64,000 nucleotides of DNA from Macrostomum hystrix (GCA_950097015.1 CATNEN010000001.1:10478001-10542000), one strand, 5' to 3'. Numbered from the stretch's first letter, positions 12,058 to 26,515 are shown. A program made the numbers and translations. The notes: generated by a model not told the origin, from the sequence alone.

Positions 12058-13560
12058 AGGATTCGGTGGTTGCCATTAAGGGTTTTGTTGGGTTGCCATC
12101 ATGGATTCGGTGGTTGCCATCATGGATTCGGTGGTTGCCATCGAGGATTCGGTGGTTGCCATCAAGGATTTGGTTGCCACCTTCGATTCGGTGGTTGCCA
12201 TCAAGGATTCGGTGGTTGCCATCGAGGATTCGGTGGTTGCTATCAAGGATTCGGTGGTTGCCACCTTCGATTCGGTGGTTGCCATCAAGGATTCGGTGGT
12301 TGCCATCAAGGATTCGGTGGTTGCCATCAAGGATTCGGTGGTTGCCATCAAGGATTCGGTGGTTGCCATCGAGGATTCGGTGGTTGCTATCAAGGATTCG
12401 GTGGTTGCCACCTTCGATTCGGTGGTTGCCATCGAGGATTCGGTGGTTGCCATCGAGGATTCGGTGGTTGCCATCGAGGATTCGGTGGTTGCCATCGAGG
12501 ATTCGGTGGTTGCCATCGAGGATTCGGTGGTTGCCATCAAGGATTCGGTGGTTGCCACCTTCGATTCGGTGGTTGCCATCAAGGATTCGGTGGTTGCCAT
12601 CGAGGATTCGGTGGTTGCTATCAAGGATTCGGTGGTTGCTATCAAGGATTCGGTGGTTGCCACCTTCGATTCGGTGGTTGCCATCAAGGATTCGGTGGTT
12701 GCCATCGAGGATTCGGTGGTTGCCATCAAGGATTTGGTGGTTGCCATCAAGGATTTGGTGGTTGCTATCAAGGATTCGGTGGTTGCTATCAAGGATTCTG
12801 TGGTTGCCATCAAGGACTTGGTGGTTGCCATCAGGGATTTGGTGGTTGCCATCAGGGATTTGGTGGTTGCCATCAGGGATTCGGTGGTTGCCATCAAGTA
12901 TTTGGTGGTTGCCATCAGGGATTTGGTGGTTGCCATCAAGGATTTGGTGGTTGCCATCAGGGATTTGGTGGTTGCCATCAGGGATTTGGTGGTTGCCATC
13001 AGGGATTCGGTGGTTGCCATCAAGGATTTGGTGGTTTCCATCAAGGATTCGGTGGTTTCCATCAAGGATTCGGTGGTTGCCATCAAGGATTTGGTGGTTG
13101 CTATCAAGGATTCGGTGGTTGCTATCAAGGATTTGGTGGTTGCCATCAAGGATTTGGTGGTTTCCATCAAGGATTTGGTGGTTTCCATCAAGGATTCGGT
13201 GGTTGCCATCAAGGATTTGGTGGTTTCCATCAAGGATTCGGTGGTTGCCATCAAGGATTTGGTGGTTTCCATCAAGGATTTGGTGGTTTCCATCAAGGAT
13301 TCGGTGGTTTCCATCAAGGATTCGGTGGTTGCCATCAAGGATTTGGTGGTTGCTATCAAGGATTCGGTGGTTGCTATCAAGGATTTGGTGGTTGCCATCA
13401 AGGATTTGGTGGTTTCCATCAAGGATTTGGTGGTTTCCATCAAGGATTCGGTGGTTGCCATCAAGGATTTGGTGGTTTCCATCAAGGATTCGGTGGTTGC
13501 CATCGAGGATTTGGTGGTTGCCATCAAGGATTTGGTGGTTGCTATCAAGGATTTGGTGGG
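12058..13560. repeat. 21-bp minisatellite (GGATTCGGTGGTTGCCATCAA), ~70 copies
   Basis: Tandem units with variant blocks. Four overlapping ORFs here are repeat translations. Confidence 0.95.
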
Positions 13561-14346
13561 ATTGAACTGGATGAAGTTACATTGGAATTGTCTCCCTGGC
13601 TACACTGGTGCACTTCTGAATGATGCAGCTGTAAAAAATAATTGAGAAATATACATTTGCAATGTACTTGTGTTTTAATCATAAACCCCAGGGATTGTCA
13701 CACCTTACTCATCATGTAACAAAAAATACTCTAAAAAGAGTTTGTTGACACTGACCAAATCGTATAAGAAATGCATTCTATGTATAGGGACGCCTTGAAA
13801 TTGTGAGGCTGTCGTTCACGCAACCGAGTTTTTGGTCGATGCAGCCGACTGGGCATTCGGTTCTCTCCCTCCTTCTTGTTCCGCCTAGATACTGCCAAGT
13901 TAGCAAGCTGGATATCTGTTCCTCTGCAAGGCCTCCAGACCCCAAACCAGTCTTCCTTTCCCCTGTTTTCCGGAAGGCTGGGGCAGGGGCAGTTAAGGCT
14001 TTGTATCCCCCTCGACGGTTCTACATCAGCCCCTCATGTGCGTTGGGACGCGGCGGAAATTGGGACGGCATTCGGTGTTACGAGCCGCAGCCCCTCTGCC
14101 TGACTGCTGTGCGTTCTTTCATTCGCGCTTTCACAAAACGAGAAGGGTTAGTAATCCCACAGCAAAGTTCCCGATAATGCACAGAATTTCTGGTGCGGTA
14201 TCTGCGCAGATTCCACAATTTCAGTTCAGATATTTACCGAACTGCCCTAGAAAATAATCAAACATGATTGCTTGCTGATTCGACCAAATAAGCGATAGAA
14301 CTAACAACACGAAACCAAAGCTTCAGTAAGAGGGATAAGAGAGGCC

Positions 14347-15682
14347 ATGTCTCATCACTGGCCCGCGAACTGTTCCGACGAACTCGAGAACAGCCTTCGC
14401 TACGGAGTTGGCACCACCCGCGCATTCTTCACGCCGATTCTGGTGATTCTCGGAGTGACTGGAAACGCCCTGACCATCGCCATATTCGTTCTGGAGGCCA
14501 GGCTGTCTCGCTGGAACCGCTTCGGAGTCTGGTGCGTGGCCCTGGCCGTGTCCGACACCAGCGTCCTGGTCTTCAGCGGCTTTATCGACGACTTCCTCGG
14601 ACGCGGACTCGCTCACGTCTATGGCCGCGAGGTTGTCAAACTGGACGCAGCCAATGCAGTCAGCTGCAAGCTGCTCGAGTACCTGCAGCACTCCACACTG
14701 TTCGCTTCGTCCTACCTGTTGGTGATTTTTTCGGCTGACCGACTACTGACGGTCAGTCAGCCAATTCGGATGATTACTCACCGGTTTGTGAAGCACTCCG
14801 TGGCCGCAGCCGGGCTAGTATCCATCCTTGGATTCGTCGTGATGTCCCCGGTGACCAGTGTCTATGGCTTGGAGACGGCTGGCTACGAGGACGTGATGTC
14901 GCAGAGCTGCATGATCGCTCTAAACTGCACCGACGGTGGACAATCCAGCAGCGCGGCAAGATTCATCTTGTACTTCAAAGCATTCGGCGTTTTCGTCGCT
15001 CCGTGTCTGCTTCAGGCCGGCCTAAGCCTGGCCATTGTTGTCAAGCTTGTCCAGGTGCGAAGAATGCGCCGCGATCTGATGCCCTGCTCGCAGGAGAAGG
15101 ACCTGGAGATGTCGCGCTACTATGCAAACCTGGCCGTCTCGCTGACCTTCTGCTTGCTCGCCAGCCCGCTCTGCGTGGTCATTGTCCTTCGAACCGGCTG
15201 CGGACTGTGCGCACCAAGGCCCAGCTGCCGGTGTCACGTGCTTGAGCAGGCTGCGAAACTACTGGACTCTGTCAAGGTACGTCATCTTTTTGATATAAGA
15301 GCAGCGGGGGTTTACAGAAGATTATCGGCAAATTTCACAGGACGTGAGCTACGCCATCAACTTCTGGGTCTACCTGCTGTTTGTTCGCAGCTTTCGCAAG
15401 CGGGTGCTGCTCGCTCTAGCCTACGGCTTCGTGCGTCTCAAGCTGGCCGCTCTGTGTCCTGCGTGCCGGGCCTCGAAGGCCGCAGTCCAGATGGTCGACA
15501 AGCTCGAGATGAAACGAAATCCTGGCGTTTTCCAGTCGCAAGCTGTGGCTGCGGCGGCGGCGGCTAACGTGGCAACGGCCGCAATGAGCAGCAGAACAGC
15601 CAGCTTGGGCCAGCTCCAGCTGCAGGCACTGCAGGAGCAGCGAGAAGACGAGGAGATAGCGGAGAAGGAGTTGATGGACTAG
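14347..15682 (+). CDS. Rhodopsin-family (class A) orphan GPCR, flatworm PROF-like type, 423 aa (exons 14347-15276 and 15341-15682)
   Basis: Seven hydrophobic segments with GVTGN (TM1), LAVSD (TM2), CKLLEY...IFSADR (TM3) and AINFWVY (TM7). The 64-bp intron AAG|gtacgt...ttcacag|GAC restores SVK-DVSYAINFWVY, matching the paralog's SVKDFNYALNFWVY. Confidence 0.9.
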
Positions 15683-15684
15683 AA

Positions 15685-16265
15685 CTCAATGACACCATGA
15701 CCCAATGACACCATGACCCAATGACACCATGACCCAATGACACCATGACCCAATGACACCATGACCCAATGACACCATGACCCAATGACACCATGACCCA
15801 ATGACACCATGACCCAATGACACCATGACCCAATGACACCATGACCCAATGACACCATGACCCAATGACACCATGACCCAATGACACCATGACCCAATGA
15901 CACCATGACCCAATGACACCATGACCCAATGACACCATGACCCAATGACACCATGACCCAATGACACCATGACCCAATGACACCATGACCCAATGACACC
16001 ATGACCCAATGACACCATGACCCAATGACACCATGACCCAATGACACCATGACTCAATGACACCATGACCCAATGACACCATGACCCAATGACACCATGA
16101 CCCAATGACACCATGACCCAATGACACCATGACCCAATGACACCATGACCCAATGACACCATGACCCAATGACACCATGACCCAATGACACCATGACCCA
16201 ATGACACCATGACCCAATGACACCATGACCCAATGACACCATGACTCAATGACACAATGACTGAA
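15685..16265. repeat. 16-bp minisatellite (CAATGACACCATGACC), ~36 near-identical copies, starting right after the GPCR stop codon
   Basis: Tandem units seen directly. Confidence 0.95.
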
Positions 16266-16804
16266 TAACCAATAGTCTCGCTGGCCTTTGTTAAATAGCT
16301 TGAGCTACTACGGAAAATATTTAGTCCTTATAATAAAATTTGCTTCGTAAAAAATAAAGTTTTCGATCACCTACTCATAGTAACGGGATAGGTAAAATAG
16401 GTAAAATAAATGACGTGTGAAATTTTATCGTTTAAGCAGCCAATTCTGTCAATAATATTTGCAAATAAAACTGTATTATCAATAAAGACGGAATAACTTT
16501 TGATAATCAATAATGGACAATTTTCTCAGTAGAAAACGATCTATATTTCTTGCTTTTTATGAAACGAAATGCCTCTTAAAAAAGCAATACCGTGTAAATA
16601 AATCCGTCATTATTAATATTCAGCATCTGATTCAAAAGAAACTCATTTTTATTGCAAGAAGTCAAGGAATTCTCCTATCGTAATGAGGCAGCCAAACATC
16701 AAAGCGATTGTTGGGCGCCTTGCCTAAATTACGACAAATATTCATTCATTGCTATGCTTACCTGAGGCTACATTTCATCATTCTTGTTTGTTTTAATCCT
16801 TACT

Positions 16805-19010
16805 ATCCCATCTCTGCCAGATCTCTTATCTCCCCCATCTCTCCCATCTCTCCCATCTCTCCCATCTCTACCATCTCTCCCACGTCTCTTATCCTTCTTA
16901 TCTCCCCCATCCCTCTTATCTCTCCCATCTCTCTTATCTCTCCCATCTCTCCTATCTCTCCCATCTCTCCCATCTCTCCCATGTCTCTTATCCCTCTTAT
17001 CTCCCCCATCCCTCTTATCTCTCCCATCTCTCTTATCCCTCTTATCTCCCCATCTCTCTTATCTCTCCCATCTCTCCCATGTCTCTTATCTCTCCCATCT
17101 CTCCCATCTCTCCCATCTCTCCCATCTCTCCGATGTCTCTTATCTCTCCCATCTCTCCCATCTCTCCCATCTCCCCCATCTCTCTTATCCCTCTTATCTC
17201 TCCCATCTCTCCCATCTCTCCCATCTCCCCCATCTCTCTTATCCCTCTTATCTCTCCCATCTCTCCCATCTCTCCTATCTCTCCCATCTCTCCCATCTCT
17301 CCCATGTCTCTTATCCCTCTTATCTCCCCCATCCCTCTTATCTCTCCCATCTCTCTTATCCCTCTTATCTCCCCATCTCTCTTATCTCTCCCATCTCTCC
17401 CATCTCTCTTATCCCTCTTATCTCCCCATCTCTCCCATCTCTCCCATCTCTCCCATCTCTCTTATCCCTCTTATCTCCCCATCTCTCCCATCTCTCCCAT
17501 CTCTCCCATCTCTCCCATCTCTCTCATCTCTCCAATCTCTCCCATCTCTCTTATCCCTCTTATCTCTTCCATATCTCCCATCTCTCTTATCCCTCTTATC
17601 TCTCCCATCTCTCTTATCTCTCTTATCTCTCCCATCTCTCCCATGTCTCTTATCTCTCCTATCTCTCCCATCTCTCCCATCTCTCGTATCTCTCCCATCT
17701 CTCTTATCCCTCTTATCTCTCCCATCTCTCCCATCTCTCTTATCCCTCTTATCTCCCCATCTCTCTTATCTCTCCCATCTCTCTTATCTCTCTTATCTCT
17801 CCCATCTCTCACATCTCTCTTATCTCTCCCATCTCTCTTATCTCTCCCATCTCTCGTATCTCTCCCATTTCTCTTATCCCTCTTATCTCTCCCATCTATC
17901 CCATCTCTCTTATCCCTCTTATCTCCCCATCTCTCTTATCTCTCCCATCTCTCTTATCTCTCTTATCTCTCCCATCTCTCACATCTCTCTTATCTCTCCC
18001 ATCTCTCTTATCTCTCCCATCTCTCCCATCTCTCCCATCTCTCATATCCCTCTTATCTCTCCCATCTCTCCCATCTCTCTTATCCCTCTTATCTCCCCAT
18101 CTCTCTTATCTCTCCCATCTCTCTTATCTCTCTTATCTCTCTTATCTCTCCCATCTCTCCTATCTCTCCCATCTCTCCCATCTCTCCCATCTCTCTTATC
18201 TCTCCCATCTCTCCCATCTCTCTTATCTCTCCCATCTCTCCCATCTCTCCCATCTCTCCCATCTCTCCCATCTCTCCCATCTCTCCCATCTCCCCCATCT
18301 CTCTTATCCCTCTTATCTCTCCCATCTCTCCCATCTCTCCCATCTCCCCCATCTCTCTTATCTCTCCCATCTCTCCCATCTCTCCCATCTCCCCCATCTC
18401 TCTTATCCCTCTTATCTCTCCCATCTCTCCCATCTCTCCCATCTCCCCCATCTCTCTTATCCCTCTTATCTCTCCCATCTCTCCCATCTCTCTTATCTCC
18501 CCCATCTCTCTTATCCCTCTTATCTCTCCCATCTCTCCCATCTCTCTTATCTCCCCCATCTCTCTTATCCCTCCCATCTCTCCCATCTCTCCCATCTCTC
18601 CCATCTCTCCCATCTCTCCCATCTCCCCCATCTCTCTTATCCCTCTTATCTCTCCCATCTCTCCCATCTCTCCCATCTCCCCCATCTCTCTTATCTCTCC
18701 CATCTCTCCCATCTCTCCCATCTCCCCCATCTCTCTTATCCCTCTTATCTCTCCCATCTCTCCCATCTCTCCCATCTCCCCCATCTCTCTTATCCCTCTT
18801 ATCTCTCCCATCTCTCCCATCTCTCTTATCTCCTCCATCTCTCTTATCCCTCTTATCTCTCCCATCTCTCCCATCTCTCTTATCTCCCCCATCTCTCTTA
18901 TCCCTCTTATCTCTCCCATCTCTCCCATCTCTCTTATCCCTCTTATCTCCCCATCTCTCTTATCTCTTCTCTTTCTCTCTCTATATTTCTTCTATCCCAT
19001 CTCTCCTATT
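16805..19010. repeat. ~2.2-kb pyrimidine-rich 9-bp satellite (ATCTCTCCC/ATCTCTCTT variants)
   Basis: Tandem units seen directly. Confidence 0.95.
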
Positions 19011-19324
19011 ATTTCCACCTCTAAAACCCACTAGGGCTATGTCGATATGAAAACTGAATGCTGCTTAAAAACTCGTATCAATTGATCCTCTACCACCCGA
19101 TTTCATCCAGCGAAGTGTAGATGATTCACCCTGAGGGCACTTGCCGAATGTCTAGCGCAAATAAAATAGTTTTTATCTTTTTCACCTTTGGGAACGACAT
19201 AGCAGCGGTATTAAGAAATTGTTTAATGCAAATAATTGCCCTGAGGTATAAAATTCGATTGCATGGAGTGAAAGAGAATGCTTCAGAAAAACTATAGTCA
19301 ATAACCACTTCAGATTTCTAATCG

Positions 19325-19832
<508 letters not shown>

Positions 19833-20289
19833 GTGCTATAAATCTATGGATAGATCTCAGTAGGAGGTGGAGAAACGCAAGAGGCTGTCTTTGACTGATT
19901 GCAGATATTTAGGGGATCAGGGCAATCTTCTGCACAGAGTGCAAGCCGCGGTCCTGTCGACGCGAATTCTGCAGCCTTACTCCGCCAAGCCTTGTCGATT
20001 AACTGACCCTCCCACTCAAACAGAGATCGGGTGGGGAATCTAGGTTGGGAAAAAATTTGCATCGACTGGGCTAGCCGGGCTGGGGACAGGAAAGCTGGAC
20101 CGTTTTCTTCTCTCGATTTCCCCAGAATTTTGTCTGGAATTCGGGCTTCAAAATGGCAGATTAGGACACTGCAGCCGAGGCAAGAGGGGAGAAGTACAAT
20201 GCCTTACTGATAGTGAAGTAATTGCACTTTTACAGATGCCATTTTACCAATGCAAGCATTTGTGCCAACACATCGACACCCCAAAAATT

Positions 20290-21095
20290 ATCTAGAACCT
20301 GAACACCTCATCCACAACCTGAACACCTCATCTACAACCTGAACACCTTATCTACAACCTGAACACCTCATCTACAACCTGAACACCTTATCTACAAGCT
20401 GAACACCTTATCTACAAGCTGAACACCTTATCTACAAGCTGAACACCTTATCTACAAGCTGAACACCTTATCTACAACCTGAACACCTTATCTACAAGCT
20501 GAACACCTCATCTACAACCTGAACACCTCATCTACAACCTGAACACCTTATCTACAACCTGAAAACCTCATATACAACCTGAACACCTCATCTACAACCT
20601 GAACACCTTATCTACAACCTGAACACCTCATCTACAACCTGAACACCTTATCTACAACCTGAAAACCTCATCTACAACCTGAACACCTTATCTACAAGCT
20701 GAACACCTTATCTACAAGCTGAACACCTTATCTACAACATGAACACCTTATCTACAACATGAACACCTTATCTACAACATGAACACCTCATCTACAACCT
20801 GAACACCTTATCTACAACCTGAACACCTTATCTACAACCTGAACACCTTATCTACAACCTGAAAACCTCATCTACAACCTGAACACCTTATCTACAAGCT
20901 GAACACCTTATCTACAAGCTGAACACCTTATCTACAAGCTGAACACCTTATCTACAAGCTGAACACCTTATCTACAAGCTGAACACCTTATCTACAACAT
21001 GAACACCTTATCTACAACATGAACACCTCATCTACAACCTGAACACCTTATCTACAACCTGAACACCTTATCTACAACCTGAACACCTTATCTAC
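20290..21095. repeat. 20-bp minisatellite (GAACACCTTATCTACAACCT), ~40 copies
   Basis: Seen directly. Confidence 0.95.
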
Positions 21096-21369
21096 CATTT
21101 CTAAAATACTTGCTGATTCTGAACCAATAGAAAATGCTTTGCCATTACTGGTATCTTCTGAACAGCAGTCGATGATGATATGCTTAGCTCAAATCAACGG
21201 TTTCTTCGAGTCTGTTGCTTCAAAGAGGAAATTGAATTTGCGGCGTTGGTTCGCTGGCTGGGCAATTCTCTACCTTCAATTTCCTGCCAACCGTCAGGTA
21301 TTTTGTCGCCGAGTTCGACTGAAAAGTAGCAATTTAGAAGCAGTGTGTTTGAATAGAAAATCTGCTGAG

Positions 21370-23900
21370 GGATGATGAGGTAGAGATGGTAGATGATGAG
21401 GGAGAGATGGTAGATGATGAGGGAGAGATGGTAGATGATGAGGGAGAGATGGTAGATGATGAGGGAGAGATGGTAGATGATGAGGGAGAGATTGTAGATG
21501 ATAAGGGAGAGATGGTAGATGATGAGGGAGAGATTGTAGATGATAAGGGAGAGATGGTAGATGATGAGGGAGGGATGGCAGATGATAAGGGAGAGATGGT
21601 AGATGATGAGGGAGAGATTGTAGATGATAAGGGAGAGATGGTAGATGATGAGGGAGGGATGGTAGATGATAAGGGAGAGATGGTAGATGATGAGGGAGAG
21701 ATGGTAGATGATGAGGGAGAGATGGTAGATGATGAGGGAGAGATTGTAGATGATGAGGGAGAGATGGTAGATGATGAGGGAGAGATGGTAGATGATGAGG
21801 GAGAGATTGTAGATGATAAGGGAGAGATGGTAGATGATGAGGGAGAGATGGTAGATGATGAGGGAGAGATGGTAGATGATGAGGGAGAGATGGTAGATGA
21901 TGAGGGAGAGATGGTAGATGATGAGGGAGAGATTGTAGATGATGAGGGAGAGATGGTAGATGATGAGGGAGAGATGGTAGATGATGAGGGAGAGATGGTA
22001 GATGATAAGGGAGAGATGGTAGATGATGAGGGAGGGATGGTAGATGATAAGGGAGAGATGGTAGATGATGAGGGAGAGATTGTAGATGATAAGGGAGAGA
22101 TGGTAGATGATGAGGGAGAGATTGTAGATGATGAGGGAGAGATTGTAGATGATAAGGGAGAGATGGAAGATGATGAGGGAGAGATTGTAGATGATGAGGG
22201 AGAGATTGTAGATGATAAGGGAGAGATGGTAGATGATGAGGGAGAGATGGTAGATGATGAGGGAGAGATTGTAGATGATAAGGGAGAGATGGTAGATGAT
22301 GAGGGAGGGATGGTAGATGATAAGGGAGAGATGGTAGATGATGAGGGAGAGATTGTAGATGATAAGGGAGAGATGGTAGATGATGAGGGAGAGATTGTAG
22401 ATGATAAGGGAGAGATGGTAGATGATGAGGGAGAGATGGTAGATGATAAGGGAGAGATGGTAGATGATAAGGGAGAGATGGCAGATGATAAGGGAGAGAT
22501 TGTAGATGATAAGGGAGAGATGGCAGATGATAAGGGAGAGATGGTAGATGATGAGGGAGAGATTGTAGATGATAAGGGAGAGATGGTAGATGATGAGGGA
22601 GAGATGGTAGATGATAAGGGAGAGATGGTAGATGATAAGGGAGAGATGGTAGATGATGAGGGAGAGATTGTAGATGATAAGGGAGAGATGGTAGATGATG
22701 AGGGAGAGATTGTAGATGATAAGGGAGAGATGGTAGATGATGAGGGAGAGATGGTAGATGATAAGGGAGAGATGGTAGATGATGAGGGAGGGATGGTAGA
22801 TGATAAGGGAGAGATGGTAGATGATGAGGGAGAGATTGTAGATGATGAGGGAGAGATGGTAGATGATAAGGGAGAGTTGGTAGATGATGAGGGAGATATG
22901 GTGGTTGATGAGGGAGAGATAATGAGGGAGAGTTGGTAGATGATGAGGGAGATATGGTGGTTGATGAGGGAGAGATAATGAGGGAGAGTTGGTAGATGAT
23001 GAGGGAGATATGGTGGTTGATGAGGGAGAGATAATGAGGGAGAGATGGTAGATGATGAGGGAGAGATGGTGGTTGATGAGGGAGAGATAATGAGGGAGAG
23101 TTGGTAGATGATGAGGGAGATGTGGTGGTTGATGAGGGAGAGATAATGAGGGAGAGTTGGTAGATGATGAGGGAGATGTGGTGGTTGATGAGGGAGAGAT
23201 AATGAGGGAGAGTTGGTAGATGATGAGGGAGATGTGGTGGTTGATGAGGGAGAGATAATGAGGGAGAGATGGTAGATGATGAGGGAGATAAGGTGGTTGA
23301 TGAGGGAGAGATAATGAGGGAGAGATGGTAGATGATGAGGGAGATAAGGTGGTTGATGAGGGAGAGATAATGAGGGAGAGATGGTAGATGATGAGGGAGA
23401 TAAGGTGGTTGATGAGGGAGAGATAATGAGGGAGAGATGGTAGATGATGAGGGAGAGATGGTGGTTGATGAGGGAGAGATAATGAGGGAGAGTTGGTAGA
23501 TGATGAGGGAGATGTGGTGGTTGATGAGGGAGAGATAATGAGGGAGAGTTGGTAGATGATGAGGGAGATGTGGTGGTTGATGAGGGAGAGATAATGAGGG
23601 AGAGTTGGTAGATGATGAGGGAGATGTGGTGGTTGATGAGGGAGAGATAATGAGGGAGAGATGGTAGATGATGAGGGAGATAAGGTGGTTGATGAGGGAG
23701 AGATAATGAGGGAGAGATGGTAGATGATGAGGGAGATAAGGTGGTTGATGAGGGAGAGATGATGAGGGAGAGATGGTAGATGATGAGGGAGAGATGGTAG
23801 ATGATGAGGGAGAGATGGTAGATGATGAGGGAGAGATGGTAGATGATGAGGGAGATAAGGTGGTTGATGAGGGAGAGATAATGAGGGAGAGATGGTAGAA
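21370..23900. repeat. 21-bp purine-rich minisatellite (GATGATGAGGGAGAGATGGTA), switching to a 56-bp higher-order unit after ~22870
   Basis: Seen directly; the ATAAT marker recurs at 56-bp spacing (e.g. 23031, 23087). Confidence 0.95.
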
Positions 23901-24377
23901 ATATATACAAGGAGTAGTTTCGAGCATACATTAATTCGGTGTCACTACAAGTCTGAAATGGCCGCTGGCCATAGCTAATCCCGGTCTATATTATGTCTTC
24001 GAAGGCTGTAAACACAGAAAATCAAATTAATAAGAAAGCTTTTAGGCTGTGACGTCATTTAGGGTATGGCTTCCAAAATAGTTTCTTTGAGAATTGCTGT
24101 ATTTTTAGCTTATTTTATATGCTTACTGAAATCATTTGTTTTAAATATAACCCGCTTGTAGTCTATCTTAATATGATACAATGCAATCAGATTTATAATT
24201 TTGATATGTTTTCTGAGAAACTTGACACCAATCTTGTTCTGCTCACGAAATTTGCTCAGAAATATGAAATTGAGACTCATTCAGTTACAAGGTTGGTTAC
24301 GTTGAGCTAAAAATTAATTCTCTCTTGTCAACATTGCTACTCCAGTAGACATCCAATATGTCTAGTGCCGATATCAC

Positions 24378-24988
24378 AAGTAATTACCCACTGTCTCTAG
24401 TAGTTAATCTAGTAATTACCCACTGTCTCTAGTAGTTAATCTAGTAATTACCCACTGTCTCTAGTAGTTAATCTAGTAATTACCCACTGTCTCTAGTAGT
24501 TAATCCAGTAATTACCCACTGTCTCTAGTAGTTAATCTAGTAATTACCCACTGTCTCTAGTATTTAATCAAGTAATTACCCACTGTCTCTTGTAGTTAAT
24601 CTAGTAATTACCCACTGTCTCTAGTATTTAATCTAGTAATTACCCACTGTCTCTAGTAGTTAATCTAGTAATTACCCACTGTCTCTTGTAGTTATTCTAG
24701 TAATTACCCACTGTCTCTAGTAGTTAATCCAGTAATTACCCACTGTCTCTAGTAGTTAATCTAGTAATTACCCACTGTCTCTAGTAGTTAATCTAGTAAT
24801 TACCCACTGTCTCTAGTAGTTAATCTAGTAATTACCCACTGTCTCTAGTAGTTAATCTAGTAATTACCCACTGTCTCTAGTAGTTAATCTAGTAATTACC
24901 CACTGTCTCTAGTAGTTATTCTAGTAATTACCCACTGTCTCTAGTAGTTAATCTAGTAATTACCCACTGTCTCTAGTAGTTATTCTAT
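24378..24988. repeat. 32-bp minisatellite (AGTAATTACCCACTGTCTCTAGTAGTTAATCT), ~19 copies
   Basis: Seen directly. Confidence 0.95.
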
Positions 24989-25077
24989 GGAATACCCAAG
25001 TACCTAACTATTAGTAATTATATATTAAATGTCCTTATCGCCCACCAAATATTCATTGTACTTACAGTGCCAAAAAG

Positions 25078-25384
25078 AAGAGGTTGTAGCCTTGTGGTTA
25101 GAGCGTCGGACTCACGACTTGAAGGTCGGGGGTTCGATTCCCGACTCCACTGGAGGAATTTCTGTCTTTTAGCAAGACACTTAACTCTGCATTGCTTCGG
25201 TTCACCCAGCTGTTAAATGGGTACCAGCATCAGCTGGGATAATTGAGGGTGGGTGTGGCGTCCCCCCAGTCCATGGACTGAACAGCTGTACGCAGCCTTC
25301 AGATGCGCCGCGCAATAGCTGCGGCTGTGCTGTCGGCTGCACATCTGACCCAATTGGGACAGGTGTAGTCAATTAAATTAAATT
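25078..25384 (+). mobile_element. Full-length tRNA-derived SINE with a CORE-like central domain
   Basis: tRNA-like head (GTAGCCTTGTGGTTAGAGCG...GGTTCGATTCCC), CORE-like AGCAAGACACTTAACTC...CACCCAGCTGTTAAATGGGTACC, structured 3' end and (AATTA)n tail. Flanked by a 12-bp TSD AGTG[C/T]CAAAAAG (25066-25077 and 25385-25396). Confidence 0.9.
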
Positions 25385-26479
25385 AGTGTCAAAAAGTTTC
25401 CACTGAATAATCTCTCTGGCGTCTTTAGTCACGCACACTCAGTGCCTCTTCACCTCGTGTTAACCCTTGGACGAAGTAATAGTTATTTAAACTAAGGGGC
25501 CTTTCGAGTCACAGCCTGTCAGCTGAAATTGACTTTGACCAGTTCACGCGAAAGTCTAATCTTATTAAATCTGCTTCCTTCAATGCTTCAATAGTGCTCA
25601 TATCGTTCATGGTTTAGCCGAATTCGAACCCATAACCTTCTCCTGTTAGCAGTCTCGGCTACTCAGTTTTCCATTTTATGAGTTTCTTCTTTTCTCTCCC
25701 CACGTCGTCGCAAATTCATCCTACCGACTCTGTCTCTCTAATCTAGCCCTTTCCTCAGATCGTCTTTGGGATATTATCCTCAGTTAAAAAAAATGGGGAA
25801 GCCTGCCTACAGATATGAGGAGGATTTTTCGACACTAAAAAAGGATCAGCGTGTATTTTCCAATCACCGTCGGCTTCCTGTTTCTCCTCCCCCACCCCCC
25901 CCACTATCCGGCTTTCGCTTTTTATCCTCTTTTTTCAGGGATGCGGGATCAGAAACCACCGACTGCCAAAAGACACTCTCTGCCTAGATCCCCTCCCTTC
26001 AGATCCTCTTTGACTTTCTCACGTTAACGGATACGGCAGAAGAGGAGGGGCTGCTGGGTCTAAGAGTTCATGGCTCAACGCAGCATGCAATGGGCGAATC
26101 GACTGCTTCCTGAATCGAGTCAAGGAAAGCAGCTTTTGCCATTGACAATTTTTTCCTACTTCAAGACAAGACGCTGCGAGGGATCGAGACAACCCGTCGA
26201 CAGGCAGAGATGGAATGAGTTTGACAAATTGTATTTCCCATCTCCGCTCACCCTACGGACGCTTGGGATAAGGGTGACAGGAAAATTTAGTTTGCCACTT
26301 GCACTTGGGATTGGGAAGACTTTAGCGCAACTGTTGTGCTCAAGCTGATCGTTGAGCAATGCGGCATTGACTCACATTTCCTTCCTCCCAGCTTGGACAG
26401 CAATCAGAGCCGGAACTCCCCACTCAAGCCGAAGCTCTGCAAGCCGAACTTGGCGACCTAGAAAATTGGTCCGCTTCGT

Positions 26480-26515
26480 CTTCTCTTATTGGCTCCCGCG
26501 TTGGCCAATCAGAGA
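26480..26515 (+). promoter_or_regulatory. Possible CCAAT boxes upstream of the second GPCR
   Basis: ATTGG and GGCCAATCAG ~150 bp upstream of the ATG at 26659; motif-only evidence. Confidence 0.3.

Noticed and set aside
12003-13645. Four ~500-aa ORFs (GFGGCHQ, SRIRWLP, DSVVAIK, MATTESL repeats) resembling structural or adhesive proteins
   Set aside because: They are translations of a stop-free 21-bp minisatellite open in several frames, with no signal peptide or unique flanking domain.
15341-15567. C-terminus of track ORF 14347-15567
   Set aside because: It comes from reading through a 64-bp intron; the spliced frame restores TM7 as in the paralog.
24378-24988. 32-bp and 34-bp arrays (also 28098-28377, 60138-62762) as possible CRISPR arrays
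   Set aside because: Head-to-tail units without unique spacers, no cas genes, eukaryotic context.
25081-25152. Possible tRNA gene
   Set aside because: The acceptor stem does not pair, and the head continues into a CORE-like body, tail and TSD, so it is a SINE head.
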